Shown: positions 17,866 through 27,285 of the stretch, in pieces
How the letters are laid out: every line of letters begins with the position of its first letter
How positions within the stretch are numbered: the first letter of the stretch is position 1
NCBI GenBank assembly: GCA_029858565.1
Contig: JAOUEV010000002.1
Location: forward strand, 102,428 to 166,427
Length of the DNA stretch: 64,000 bases
Direction: 5' to 3'
Origin: Nitrospirota bacterium
GTDB taxonomy: Bacteria; Nitrospirota; UBA9217
Translations under genes and position numbers: made by a program
Notes under the pieces: model-generated
Database searches by the model: none
What the model was told of the DNA's origin: nothing
The model's input: only the letters and a program-made list of their open reading frames with translations

Positions 17866-20800
17866 ATGAAGAAATCTACTCTACTTACGATTTCAATTCT
17901 GATTATGCTGTTCGGCATGCTGATTGCCGTGCGGGACGTCGCGGCACTCGATGCCCCGCATAACGCGAACGACGTATCTCGGTCGATCACCTGCTCCACG
18001 TGCCACGTTTCTCCATTGGGACCGACCCCGACGTGGAAAACAATCCCGACGACCACGGACAATACCTATACAAACAATCTTTGTACAAGCTGTCACGCGA
18101 GCGGCAAGCTCACGACCAGCAAGTATGAGGATATTAAGACCCACTCTGCGGCGAACACGGGAAGCACCCGGTGGGGCGGTGGCTGGACGGTTGAGTGTCG
18201 TGTCTGCCATCATGCCCATAACCAGGCGCAGCAGACCACGTTCTATTCAGATGCTAATAATAATGTGCTGACCGGTACGGTGGCGGCGCTGACGTCGTCG
18301 GTATCTGCGACCATGTCCACGCTTACTGCGTCCGCGGGGTCGATGGGAACCGATGGTTACGTTGGTTACCTTCTTATCCCGAATACCGCATATCCTACGA
18401 TCATGTATCGTGTTATAGCCAATGACGCGACGAAGTTTACCGTGAAAGGTGCTATTAACCTGGCTCGTACGGCAGTGGGAAAGACCTGGGCACTGCGCTA
18501 CGGCAAAATGGTGAAAACGCAAATTGCCTATACGAACCCGACTTCGGTGAATGCCTCGGTCAAGTTCTACAATAATGCAGGCAACAATTCCTTTGCAGAA
18601 ACCGCGAGCCCATCAACATCCCTTTGCATGGTCTGTCATACCCAGACCAAGCATTTCAAGAATGACGGAACATTTGAGACTGCAGGTCATCCGGCAGCTG
18701 TCGGAACGGCCTGCACTTCCTGCCATAAACATAATACGGGCTTCAAGGCAAGCGGATGTAATGGCTGTCACGGCCAGAGCGGATCGACCGGCGCGCCTCT
18801 TGTTGCCGGTGATCTTGTCTCGCCAGCAACCGGCCACGCCGAAGGCGCACATCTGCGGCATGCGGTGACCCTGTCTCTGAGTTGTGCTGTCTGTCACGCT
18901 GGAAATACCATGCCTGCGCTCGACAGCGAGATAACCATGTCGTTCAGCGACGCGGCAGCAGGTGGAGCATATCAGGGCACTGCTCTCAACGCTCCTTACA
19001 CCTATAGCGCCAATGTCACCCTGGGCGGCACGCAAACCTGTTCCTCTTTATATTGCCATAGCTCGGGTCAGAGTGCCACGGGTGGTTCGCTTGCCGGCGG
19101 AGACTACAAGTCAGTGAACTGGACAGGAGCCGGCCTGAACTGCGGCAGCTGCCACGTTGATATGGATGCAAGCGCATCGGCAACTGGCAGCCATATTAAG
19201 CACGCACAGGATAAGGCCATTGCTTGTGCGACCTGCCATGATGGATACACAGAAACGTCAACGGCCGCGGCAACGCACGCAAATGCCTCGATCAATCTGA
19301 GCTTCAGCGGTAGGGCTGCTGGCTCGACATACTCCCAGGGAAACTCCCATGCTGTGCAGAACGGATACGGCCAGTGTTCAACGAACGATTGCCATAGCAC
19401 CGGCCAGGGTTCCGATGGCAGTTCGTCCGGCATTACCTATGCGTCTCCGACGTGGGGCGGAACGGTGAATTGCAGCTCCTGCCACAAGAACATGGATGCT
19501 GATGCGACCGCACCGGGCAGCCATGTGAAGCACGCGCAGAGCGCGGCGATTGCCTGCGCCACCTGTCACAACGGATACACCGAGACCACCGCAGCCGTGG
19601 CAACCCATGACGACGGCACGGTGGACATGAGCTTCAGCGGTCCGGGAGACGGCACGTTCTACACCGGCGGTACGACGAGCGGCAACTACGCGCTCGGCGG
19701 CGGTTACGGTTCTTGCTACACCAGCTCCTGCCACAGCTCGGGCCAGTCCGCCACGGGTACGGCCTCGCCGCTGACCTATGGTTCACCGGTATGGGGCGGT
19801 ACCTTGGACTGCGGTTCCTGCCACACGAACATGGATACTGATGCGACCGCACCGGGCAGCCACGTGAAGCATGCCCAGAGCGCGGCCATCGCTTGCGCCT
19901 CCTGTCACAGCGGTTACACTGAGACCACGGTTGCGGTTGCAACGCATAATAACTCGACAGTCAACGTGACGATGGCGACCGGCTTCTACACCGGCGGCAC
20001 AACGAGCGGCAACAACGCGCTCGGCGGCGGCTATGGTTCCTGCTACACCAGCTCCTGCCACAGCTCGGGCCAGTCAGCCACGGGTACGGCCTCGCCGCTG
20101 ACCTATGGTTCTCCGGCATGGGGAGGTACACTGGACTGCGGCTCCTGCCATAAGAACATGGATACTGATGCGACCGCACCGGGCAGCCACGTGAAGCATA
20201 CCCAGAGCGCGGCCATCGCTTGCGCAACCTGTCACAACGGTTACACCGAGACCTCGGTTGCCGCGGCATCGCATAACAACGGCACGGTGGATATGAGCTT
20301 CAGCGGGACGGGTGCCGGGACGTTCTACAGCGGCGGCACAGTGAGCGGCGACAACGCGCTCGGCGGCGGCTACGGTTCCTGCTACACCAGCTCCTGCCAC
20401 AGCTCAGGCCAGTCAGCGACGGGTACGGCATCACCGTTGACCTACGGCTCTCCTGCGTGGGGCGGAGCGCTGGATTGCGGCTCCTGCCACAAGAACATGG
20501 ATACGGATGGAACTGCGCCGGGAAGCCACGTTGGCCATGCACAGACAGCGGCGATTGCGTGCGCAACCTGCCACAGCGGGTACACCGAGACGACGGTTGC
20601 GGCTGCAACGCATAATAACTCGACAGTCAACGTGACGATGTCGACCGGCTTCTACAGCGGCGGCACGGTTTCGGGTGACAATGCGCTGGGCGGCGGTTAT
20701 GGAACCTGTTTCACAACGAACTGCCATGGCTCATCCTCACCCGTCTGGGGCACGAACACCACGAATGCTTCCTGTACGAAGTGCCATGGTGTTTCCGGCG

Positions 20801-21747
20801 CAACCCCTGCGCAGTATACCGCGGATAACAATATAGCGGCGCCTGGATATGTTTCTGTCGCTCCGGTCGGTACCGGTCGCGCAACATCTGGTGCGACAGC
20901 TGCGACAGATCCGAAGGTCGGAGCTCATAACGCACACCTTAAGGGCGTGAGCAACTATTCGGATCCCATTGCCTGCAGCGCCTGCCACAATACGTCATCA
21001 GGGCACATGGATGGTTCCGGCACACTGACATTCAGCGGTTTGTCTACATCGAACGGCGCCGCTGCAAATTATAGCGCGCCGAATTGTTCAACAACCTACT
21101 GTCATTTCGGTAAATCGATCAATTTGTACTCGCCGGCAGTTTCGAGCGCTACAGTGACCTGGAATGATACGGCTTACCTGAGCGGCACACCGAGCATCGG
21201 CGGAGACTGCGCGAAGTGCCATCTCTCACCGCCTTCGGCAACAGGGACCCATGCAGGCTACAGCACCTTCACAGACTGCAACACCTGTCATCCTCATGTG
21301 AGCACAGACGGTACGTTCAACAACAAATCGCTGCATATCAACGGCGTAGTCGAAGCCGCAAGCGGTTGCGACGGCTGCCACGCATATCCGCCTGCAATAG
21401 GCGACGGCAAGGCGTATAAGGGTTCCGCGCTGCTCGGTAAAGGAGCGCATACATCCCATGTCAACTATCTCCTCCTGAGGACCGGATTGACCCTTAGCGC
21501 TAAGGGTGATACTTATACCGGTGCAACGGTTGCGGCGATCTGCGGCGTTTGTCACAACACGTCAGCCGATGCCTTCCATAAGAATGGCAATGATGTCCGT
21601 GACCTCCTGATCCCATCGTCTTACCTCTTTGGTACGGGGACGCCGACATATAACGGGAATCCCGCGACTACGACCAATAAGAACTGCTCGAATGTCAGCT
21701 GCCATTTCAATGTAACTCCGCTGTGGCAGCAGACCGCGGGTCAGTAA
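17866..21747 (+). CDS. giant multiheme c-type cytochrome (~31 heme-binding motifs: 23 CXXCH + 8 CX4CH; Geobacter-type CX4CH...CXXCH repeat domain)
   Basis: Start at Met26 of the listed ORF, with AAGGAG 8 nt upstream and signal peptide MKKSTLLTISILIMLFGMLIAV. Motifs counted by eye include CSTCH, CTSCH, CRVCH, CMVCH, CSSLYCH, CGSCH, CATCH, CYTSSCH x3, CFTTNCH, CSTTYCH and CSNVSCH. Triheme module CX4CH-CXXCH-CXXCH repeated about six times. Confidence 0.9.
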   Translation: MKKSTLLTISILIMLFGMLIAVRDVAALDAPHNANDVSRSITCSTCHVSPLGPTPTWKTIPTTTDNTYTNNLCTSCHASGKLTTSKYEDIKTHSAANTGSTRWGGGWTVECRVCHHAHNQAQQTTFYSDANNNVLTGTVAALTSSVSATMSTLTASAGSMGTDGYVGYLLIPNTAYPTIMYRVIANDATKFTVKGAINLARTAVGKTWALRYGKMVKTQIAYTNPTSVNASVKFYNNAGNNSFAETASPSTSLCMVCHTQTKHFKNDGTFETAGHPAAVGTACTSCHKHNTGFKASGCNGCHGQSGSTGAPLVAGDLVSPATGHAEGAHLRHAVTLSLSCAVCHAGNTMPALDSEITMSFSDAAAGGAYQGTALNAPYTYSANVTLGGTQTCSSLYCHSSGQSATGGSLAGGDYKSVNWTGAGLNCGSCHVDMDASASATGSHIKHAQDKAIACATCHDGYTETSTAAATHANASINLSFSGRAAGSTYSQGNSHAVQNGYGQCSTNDCHSTGQGSDGSSSGITYASPTWGGTVNCSSCHKNMDADATAPGSHVKHAQSAAIACATCHNGYTETTAAVATHDDGTVDMSFSGPGDGTFYTGGTTSGNYALGGGYGSCYTSSCHSSGQSATGTASPLTYGSPVWGGTLDCGSCHTNMDTDATAPGSHVKHAQSAAIACASCHSGYTETTVAVATHNNSTVNVTMATGFYTGGTTSGNNALGGGYGSCYTSSCHSSGQSATGTASPLTYGSPAWGGTLDCGSCHKNMDTDATAPGSHVKHTQSAAIACATCHNGYTETSVAAASHNNGTVDMSFSGTGAGTFYSGGTVSGDNALGGGYGSCYTSSCHSSGQSATGTASPLTYGSPAWGGALDCGSCHKNMDTDGTAPGSHVGHAQTAAIACATCHSGYTETTVAAATHNNSTVNVTMSTGFYSGGTVSGDNALGGGYGTCFTTNCHGSSSPVWGTNTTNASCTKCHGVSGATPAQYTADNNIAAPGYVSVAPVGTGRATSGATAATDPKVGAHNAHLKGVSNYSDPIACSACHNTSSGHMDGSGTLTFSGLSTSNGAAANYSAPNCSTTYCHFGKSINLYSPAVSSATVTWNDTAYLSGTPSIGGDCAKCHLSPPSATGTHAGYSTFTDCNTCHPHVSTDGTFNNKSLHINGVVEAASGCDGCHAYPPAIGDGKAYKGSALLGKGAHTSHVNYLLLRTGLTLSAKGDTYTGATVAAICGVCHNTSADAFHKNGNDVRDLLIPSSYLFGTGTPTYNGNPATTTNKNCSNVSCHFNVTPLWQQTAGQ
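19040..21030 (+). repeat. tandem ~327-339-bp DNA repeats (about six units; four near-identical between ~19376 and 20706) encoding triheme cytochrome modules
   Basis: tgctacaccagctcctgccacagctc recurs at ~19714, 20041 and 20380. cataataactcgacagtcaacgtgacgatg recurs exactly ~660 bp apart. Long and short unit variants alternate, suggesting a ~660-bp higher-order repeat. Confidence 0.8.
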
Positions 21748-21881
21748 GGGAGGGTGTGGACGTGTATACCGTACTGAGGTATAATAGCCAGCCTGCATGC
21801 AAGGCTGCAGTTCATAATCAGAAACGCTCAGCCGCATCCGTGGAATCGACCGGCAGAGCTCTTACAGAAGGCGAGGTACTT

Positions 21882-24425
21882 ATGATGAAGAAAGCTTGTA
21901 ACGATAGCGCGGTAAGCCGGCTCACATGGCTGGGGCTTGCGGTAGTCCTGATCATGCTGATCTCCGCATTCGTTGCTGTACCTCAGGCAACAGCCGGAAC
22001 GTATACGGTAGATACGTGCGGCGATTGCCACGCATACTCCACGGGAACGTTCACGGACGGTTCGGCCCGGAATAATCCGGCCGGCGCCTTCCCGGGCTCG
22101 CATCAACAGCATGTGACGACCTACCAGATGGCCTGCACGGTCTGTCACATCAACAACGGAGCTAATTTTGCCCATCGGAACGGCAATGTTGATATAAATG
22201 CCTCGATCAGCGGAGGCACATACAGCAAAGGTTCATTCTCCCAGGTTAATACGACATCTCTGGGTCGGTGCACTAACGTCTCTTGCCATAGCAACGGAAC
22301 CCCGCTGAACGGTACAGCAACATTCGCAACAGCGACCTGGGGTTCTCCGGCAACAGGTGCTTGCGGAACCTGCCACGGCGTCCTGGCTTCCAGCGCTCCG
22401 ACCTCAACGCATCACAGCAAACACGTGGGAGCTGCTGCGGGATATCAAAACGCCTGCGGTTGGTGCCATAGCAGCACGGTGAACATGACAGCGAATTCAA
22501 CCGTTCAGGCGACGGTCACTTCAACTACGCTGCATGTCAACGGAATCAAGAACGTCTCCTTTGAAACCACCACGAACGCCGGGGCGAACGCCTACGGAAG
22601 CGGGCAGGCCTATAGCTGCACCAACCTCTACTGTCATAGCCAGGGGAACACGTTCACATCACCCTATACAGCGCCGAACACGACAGCGCTCTGGACATTG
22701 GCTGCAGGTTCGCTGAACTGCAACAGCTGCCATGGTTCGACCGTAGCAACAACCACTCGCGGTAATGGCAAGCCTGAGTACGCCAACGGCACGCCGAAGA
22801 AGAACAGCCATGCGGGCCATTTCCCGTGGAACACGCTCCAGTCCTGCCAGATCTGCCATTCGGCAACGACCACGGACGGGGTGAGCGTTACGAACAAAGC
22901 GAACCATGTGAAGAAGTCCTACAACGTGGGTTCCTACACGGGAGGCGGTGCCTGGAACACCTTGGCAAACTTCACCTATACCTATAATGCCAATGGCAGC
23001 ACCTGTAATACCAACCAGTGCCATGCTGGGCTGAACGCACAGTGGGGCTCGACAGGAGCCGGCTCCGGCAGCGAATGGAACTGCATTACCTGCCACTCCA
23101 GCTCGTTCAAGAAGTTCCTCGGCACGGGAACGATCCGGCAGGTTGTCGGTACGACCAACGCCGCTGATTTCAACATGTCAACGATCGGGAACGGCGCAGG
23201 TTCGCGTCACCTGTACGGTGCTTCGACAATCGTGAAATGGGACTGCATCATCTGTCACGAGGAAGGTCAGGCAACGGGCGCTCCTGGAAGGGTTGACTGG
23301 CAGAACCATAATGACTTGGGCGGCTTGATCCATCTGCGGAACGTGGACACGATCGATCCTGCGAACTCGGGCTGGGCGATTAACAACAAGTCCTGGACGA
23401 CGACCGATTATCAGAGTATGGACGAGTTCTGCGTCTCTTGCCATGATTCCAACGGGGCAAGCGCGATCGCGGTGAATGCTGCGAACAACGGACTCTTCAC
23501 CGGCACTGCTGCCTGGAACACCTATCGTGCAGGCTGGAAATCAATGGCAGGAACTTTCCCCGGCAGGGCAGCCCTGGCACCGTTCAACTCCACGGACTGG
23601 CGTTCTGGTTATCTGGTTGCATCCACCTCGTCAGTAGGCGCCGGCGAGGGCAGAGCAAAGATCACTGACGTGAAGACCCAATTCTACGCAGGTACTGCAG
23701 GCAACTGGGCGACAACGAACTACAACGGCAATCCGTCGCAGCACGCGGTGCTCGGTACCCGGTACGGCCGGGCCTGGAACACCTGGACCGCCGCAGCCTG
23801 GTCGAGCTACTTCATGAAGAAGTCTCGTGCGAACATCAACGCCATGCGTGAGACCGCGCTACTCTCATGCGCTGACTGTCACGTGCTCGATGCTCCAGGT
23901 GTGGGCGGCAATGCTCATAGCGGTACAGTGAAATACATGCTGTCTACAGTCACTAGTGATGGCATCTGCACAAAGTGTCATTCGACAACTGCCTACGCTG
24001 CGGCGAGCGCTATATCCCGGTGGAATCACAGCTACTCAAGAGGCGGTTACAATGCCTATGGTCTTTCCAACGCAGCAGGTACGGGTTCTCAGCTCGCCTG
24101 TATGATGTGCCATGCTGGCTGGCAGATAGAGTCAACGGTCTCGAGACAGAGGAGCTACGGCGGCATCCATGGATCCTGGACGACCTTCTATCCCATGAGC
24201 ACGGTAGGAAGTGGAAACCTGACGACCTACCGGTTCTTCCCCGGGACCTGGAGAAAGCATTCATATAGTGCTGATAACCAGTGGGGCTCCATGACAGCTT
24301 CGACCTGTTACTTCGGGGCTACAACCGATAATAGCGGATTTGCGAGCTGTACGTCACATGGAAGCGCGACCGGCAGAACTGGAACGACGTACACGCCGAC
24401 GTACACGCGTCCGGTCAAGTACTAA
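21882..24425 (+). CDS. multiheme c-type cytochrome (~15 heme motifs: 12 CXXCH + 3 CX4CH)
   Basis: Start at MMKKACNDSAVSRLTWLGLAVVLIML (Met54 of the listed ORF), with GAGG upstream. Motifs CGDCH, CTVCH, CTNVSCH, CGTCH, CGWCH, CTNLYCH, CNSCH, CQICH, CNTNQCH, CITCH, CIICH, CVSCH, CADCH, CTKCH and CMMCH. Confidence 0.85.
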   Translation: MMKKACNDSAVSRLTWLGLAVVLIMLISAFVAVPQATAGTYTVDTCGDCHAYSTGTFTDGSARNNPAGAFPGSHQQHVTTYQMACTVCHINNGANFAHRNGNVDINASISGGTYSKGSFSQVNTTSLGRCTNVSCHSNGTPLNGTATFATATWGSPATGACGTCHGVLASSAPTSTHHSKHVGAAAGYQNACGWCHSSTVNMTANSTVQATVTSTTLHVNGIKNVSFETTTNAGANAYGSGQAYSCTNLYCHSQGNTFTSPYTAPNTTALWTLAAGSLNCNSCHGSTVATTTRGNGKPEYANGTPKKNSHAGHFPWNTLQSCQICHSATTTDGVSVTNKANHVKKSYNVGSYTGGGAWNTLANFTYTYNANGSTCNTNQCHAGLNAQWGSTGAGSGSEWNCITCHSSSFKKFLGTGTIRQVVGTTNAADFNMSTIGNGAGSRHLYGASTIVKWDCIICHEEGQATGAPGRVDWQNHNDLGGLIHLRNVDTIDPANSGWAINNKSWTTTDYQSMDEFCVSCHDSNGASAIAVNAANNGLFTGTAAWNTYRAGWKSMAGTFPGRAALAPFNSTDWRSGYLVASTSSVGAGEGRAKITDVKTQFYAGTAGNWATTNYNGNPSQHAVLGTRYGRAWNTWTAAAWSSYFMKKSRANINAMRETALLSCADCHVLDAPGVGGNAHSGTVKYMLSTVTSDGICTKCHSTTAYAAASAISRWNHSYSRGGYNAYGLSNAAGTGSQLACMMCHAGWQIESTVSRQRSYGGIHGSWTTFYPMSTVGSGNLTTYRFFPGTWRKHSYSADNQWGSMTASTCYFGATTDNSGFASCTSHGSATGRTGTTYTPTYTRPVKY

Positions 24426-24456
24426 CAGCTTCGAGGTCTTGAAGGCAACAAATGTA

Positions 24457-24496
24457 GCGGAGGCTCATATGAGCCTCCGCTTTTTTTTTGTTTTTT
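24457..24496 (+). terminator. rho-independent terminator of the cytochrome operon
   Basis: Perfect hairpin gcggaggctca-ta-tgagcctccgc followed by a run of 9 T, then gtttttt, ~30 nt after the stop codon. Confidence 0.85.
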
Positions 24497-25109
24497 ACAG
24501 CGGTGAAGGCGGTTCCTTGTGTTTAACGATAGGGATGTGTTGGTGCACGGTGAAGGAGCAAGGTAAATTGGACGGGAAGCCCGGTGGCCCAAAGTCCGAT
24601 AAACAAGAGTACGGTAGTGAAGTTGCGGCAGCGATCATCTGGGATGAATAAGGAGCCTCTTTCCTGAATGAACTTTCGATCCGCCCTGGTGATATGTTTC
24701 AGACCTCTTTTTATCGGAGCTAGTGCCAACCGCTGTCGCCAATCGGGAGATGTCAACGAAGTGTGCTCAATCGTCATCAGAAACAGAGTGCATTAGCAAG
24801 GTGTTGAGAACGTCCTCTGGTGTTGCCATAGCGAGAAGCATAAGCGACCAGGCAATCTCGTATTTTATGGAAACGCATAACCAGGAATTTGAGGAGTCTG
24901 ATCCAGGCGAAGGGAATGCAAGATTGCTTTGCTTCGCTCGCAATGACCAGTGCAGGACCTGCTCGGAGAGACACTTGAAGGCATTTTTCAGCAAACAGTT
25001 CGTGAATTGTGAAGAGGGGGTAGGGGGGCAGAGAAGTCCGAGCCGTGGCAGTCCCCAGCTAGGCGCGAACGCAGAAAATCGAACGATATGCTGAAAGGAC
25101 CATAATTTA

Positions 25110-26348
25110 CTACGGCAATGACGGTGAAGAAAGCAGGTAACTGTAGAGAAAAGCAGGGACCATGCGTCCGGTGACGAATGGATACAGATAAAGCCCCCAG
25201 ACTGCAGTGAGGCAAAAGAGAATACTAAAGACCTTTCGGGATCGGCCAGAGCCCATGGTCAAAGATGCAAGCGAGTACGCGATCAGTAGATAGGCAAATG
25301 GCAGCACCGCAAAGGCTGAATAGAGGAACACCGGACGCTTCACCAGGATGAACTGTAAGTACGATGAAGCAAAGAGCAGCAAGACCAGGGGGAGGCTCCG
25401 CTCTCTGCGTTGATACGCATAATACAGCCCATAGACCGCAGCAGGTATGGTCAGGAGCCAGATCGGCGGATTGCTCATGAAGGTGAAGAACTTTCCCCAC
25501 CCGGCATTCACGAAGATCGGTTCGCCGTGTATCAGCGGCTTGACGAACCAGTGCCAGGGAACTGATGGCGAAGAACTAAAGAATTTATCAACAAAGGAAT
25601 CAAGCGCCATGGCCTGGAGGGTATGGTAGGCGTCCTTTTGCCATATGATGAAGTCGAGTAGGTTGGACCCCCGTTTGAACCAGGGATACATCAGGAGTAA
25701 GTAAACGCCTCCAGCGACCACGCCTGACGACGCAAGGTAAGTTGAGCTGAGGATTCGGTCTTGCCCGTCACGGTTCGACCAGATCCGGAGGAGAAGATAG
25801 GCGAAGACAGCGAGAGTCGGCAGGACAAAATACCATTTGCCGGAAAGCGCCAGTCCGAGGGGGATCCCTGCCCATGCCAGTGCGCGCTCGTTCCCCTGCA
25901 TATACAGGGCGATCGCGTAGACAAAGAGCAGGAAGAAGAAGATCGGAATTATTTCCATGAAGTTGGTGCGAGATAGGGAAATATGGAAAGGCTCGATGGC
26001 AAAGAAAAGGCCGGAGAGCCAGGCGACGCGCCGGTCCTCGAAGAGTCGCAGGGCAAGCAGCAAGAGCATCAGCACGGAGAGGCTACCGAAGAGGACGTTC
26101 GGCAGCCGCCAGCCATAGGCATTGTTTCCAAAGAGTTTGATGCCGATCGCGGTCACATGGAAGTTCAAGGGCGGATGGAGCCAGACGACCGGGGCGTAGA
26201 GGCCGTTCTTCTGGAAGTTCTCTGCAGCGGGGATGAACTGGAATTCATCGCCGATGACGTATGGCGGTTCGCCGACGCTCCAGACGCGAAGGGCAAAGGC
26301 CAAGAGAAACAGCAGCAGCACGGTATTCCGATTGTTAAAACGTTCCAT
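25110..26348 (-). CDS. GT-C glycosyltransferase family 39, protein O-mannosyltransferase (PMT)-like
   Basis: Loop-1 signature DEFQFIPAAENF...HPPLNFHVTAIGIKLFGNNAYGWRLPNVLFGSLSVLMLLLLALRLF matches the bacterial Pmt pattern DE..F..A....HPPL.K..A.G..LFG.N..GWR...A.FG. Polytopic, 412 aa. Confidence 0.75.
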   Translation of the reverse strand: MERFNNRNTVLLLFLLAFALRVWSVGEPPYVIGDEFQFIPAAENFQKNGLYAPVVWLHPPLNFHVTAIGIKLFGNNAYGWRLPNVLFGSLSVLMLLLLALRLFEDRRVAWLSGLFFAIEPFHISLSRTNFMEIIPIFFFLLFVYAIALYMQGNERALAWAGIPLGLALSGKWYFVLPTLAVFAYLLLRIWSNRDGQDRILSSTYLASSGVVAGGVYLLLMYPWFKRGSNLLDFIIWQKDAYHTLQAMALDSFVDKFFSSSPSVPWHWFVKPLIHGEPIFVNAGWGKFFTFMSNPPIWLLTIPAAVYGLYYAYQRRERSLPLVLLLFASSYLQFILVKRPVFLYSAFAVLPFAYLLIAYSLASLTMGSGRSRKVFSILFCLTAVWGLYLYPFVTGRMVPAFLYSYLLSSPSLP

Positions 26349-27285
26349 CAGCCTTCCTCAGGTCTGAGATGAATTCGACGGCATGGGTGCCGGAGACGGT
26401 CAGAAGGTCGCAGGTGAGCTTTCCGCGCAGGAGCGGGAGGAGCATCCCGCGCTCCTCTGCCGAGACGCTGTCAGCCTGGAGATTGACGATCACCGGCTCT
26501 TTCAGTCCGGGGAAGTCCTGGAAGCGCATGATCCTGACCGAGATCCCTTCCGCAATGGTCATCCTGAAGCTTCCGCCTGAAGATTCCACGGTCTTGCTGT
26601 TCCCGAGCACTGAGGCGACCGTCTCCCACGCAGTGTCCGAAATGAGGTGATAGACCTTGCGGACCATGCCCGACCGGACGGCCTGGTGCACGTAGTTCCC
26701 GGCTACGATGTGGTACTCCGGCCGTTTTGGACAGTGGTCCGGGTAGGAGTGTTCGAGGATGAGCCTGTTGAGCCGCGCGTAGTCGTCAGCGCTGTTGCGT
26801 GGTATCGGGACCGAGAACGAGTCTGTCAGGGCCAGGTAGCCGGCAAGGCTCGTGATCTGCCCGGATGGATCGGGAAGCCCTTTTCTCAGGAACAGGGGAT
26901 AAAGGCTGAATCGCCTCAGGACGTCAGTGTTCAAGCCCTTGATCGTACAGGAGAAGGTGTCCTGTACGCTTCCCTGCAGGTCCGTCCTGAGCGCATCGCA
27001 GAGCCGGTTCAGGCTTGCCGTATCTCTGAATTCAGTGTCCTGGAACTCATCGGTCCTGTCCTCGATGTCAGCATTCAGATGCCTGTCTATGAGCACGAGC
27101 GTCCTGCCGTGCATCCCCTGCTCGCGCCAGACAGCAAAAGCATCTTGGGGAACGTTCACCTGCCTGACCAGCGGGGAGGGCAGGATCGTCCGGTGCGATG
27201 CGCCGTATTGCTGCAGGAACAGCAGGACACTGATGCAGAACAGGAGCGATATTGCTATGACCGCGATCTTCGATTCCTTGCTCAT
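26335..27285 (-). CDS. membrane-anchored protein of an uncharacterised GT39-associated family (member 1)
   Basis: N-terminal TM anchor. Shares EPVIVN(L/V).(A/D) ... VSG(T/S) blocks with the proteins at 38801..39508 and 41120..42562. Overlaps the downstream GT39 gene by 14 nt. Confidence 0.5.
   Translation of the reverse strand: MSKESKIAVIAISLLFCISVLLFLQQYGASHRTILPSPLVRQVNVPQDAFAVWREQGMHGRTLVLIDRHLNADIEDRTDEFQDTEFRDTASLNRLCDALRTDLQGSVQDTFSCTIKGLNTDVLRRFSLYPLFLRKGLPDPSGQITSLAGYLALTDSFSVPIPRNSADDYARLNRLILEHSYPDHCPKRPEYHIVAGNYVHQAVRSGMVRKVYHLISDTAWETVASVLGNSKTVESSGGSFRMTIAEGISVRIMRFQDFPGLKEPVIVNLQADSVSAEERGMLLPLLRGKLTCDLLTVSGTHAVEFISDLRKADGTF

Noticed and set aside
19104-20727. Series of ~100-aa Arg/Cys-rich minus-strand ORFs repeating every ~330 bp
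   Set aside because: They simply mirror the tandem DNA repeats of the giant cytochrome gene on the opposite strand. The periodicity is inherited and is not evidence of genes.
24560-24620. Motif cccaaagtccg resembling the RNase P RNA CR-I element (GGAAAGUCCGG) in the non-coding gap
   Set aside because: None of the other conserved RNase P regions (P4 halves, CR-IV/V) are present in the surrounding ~400 nt. A single short match is expected by chance.
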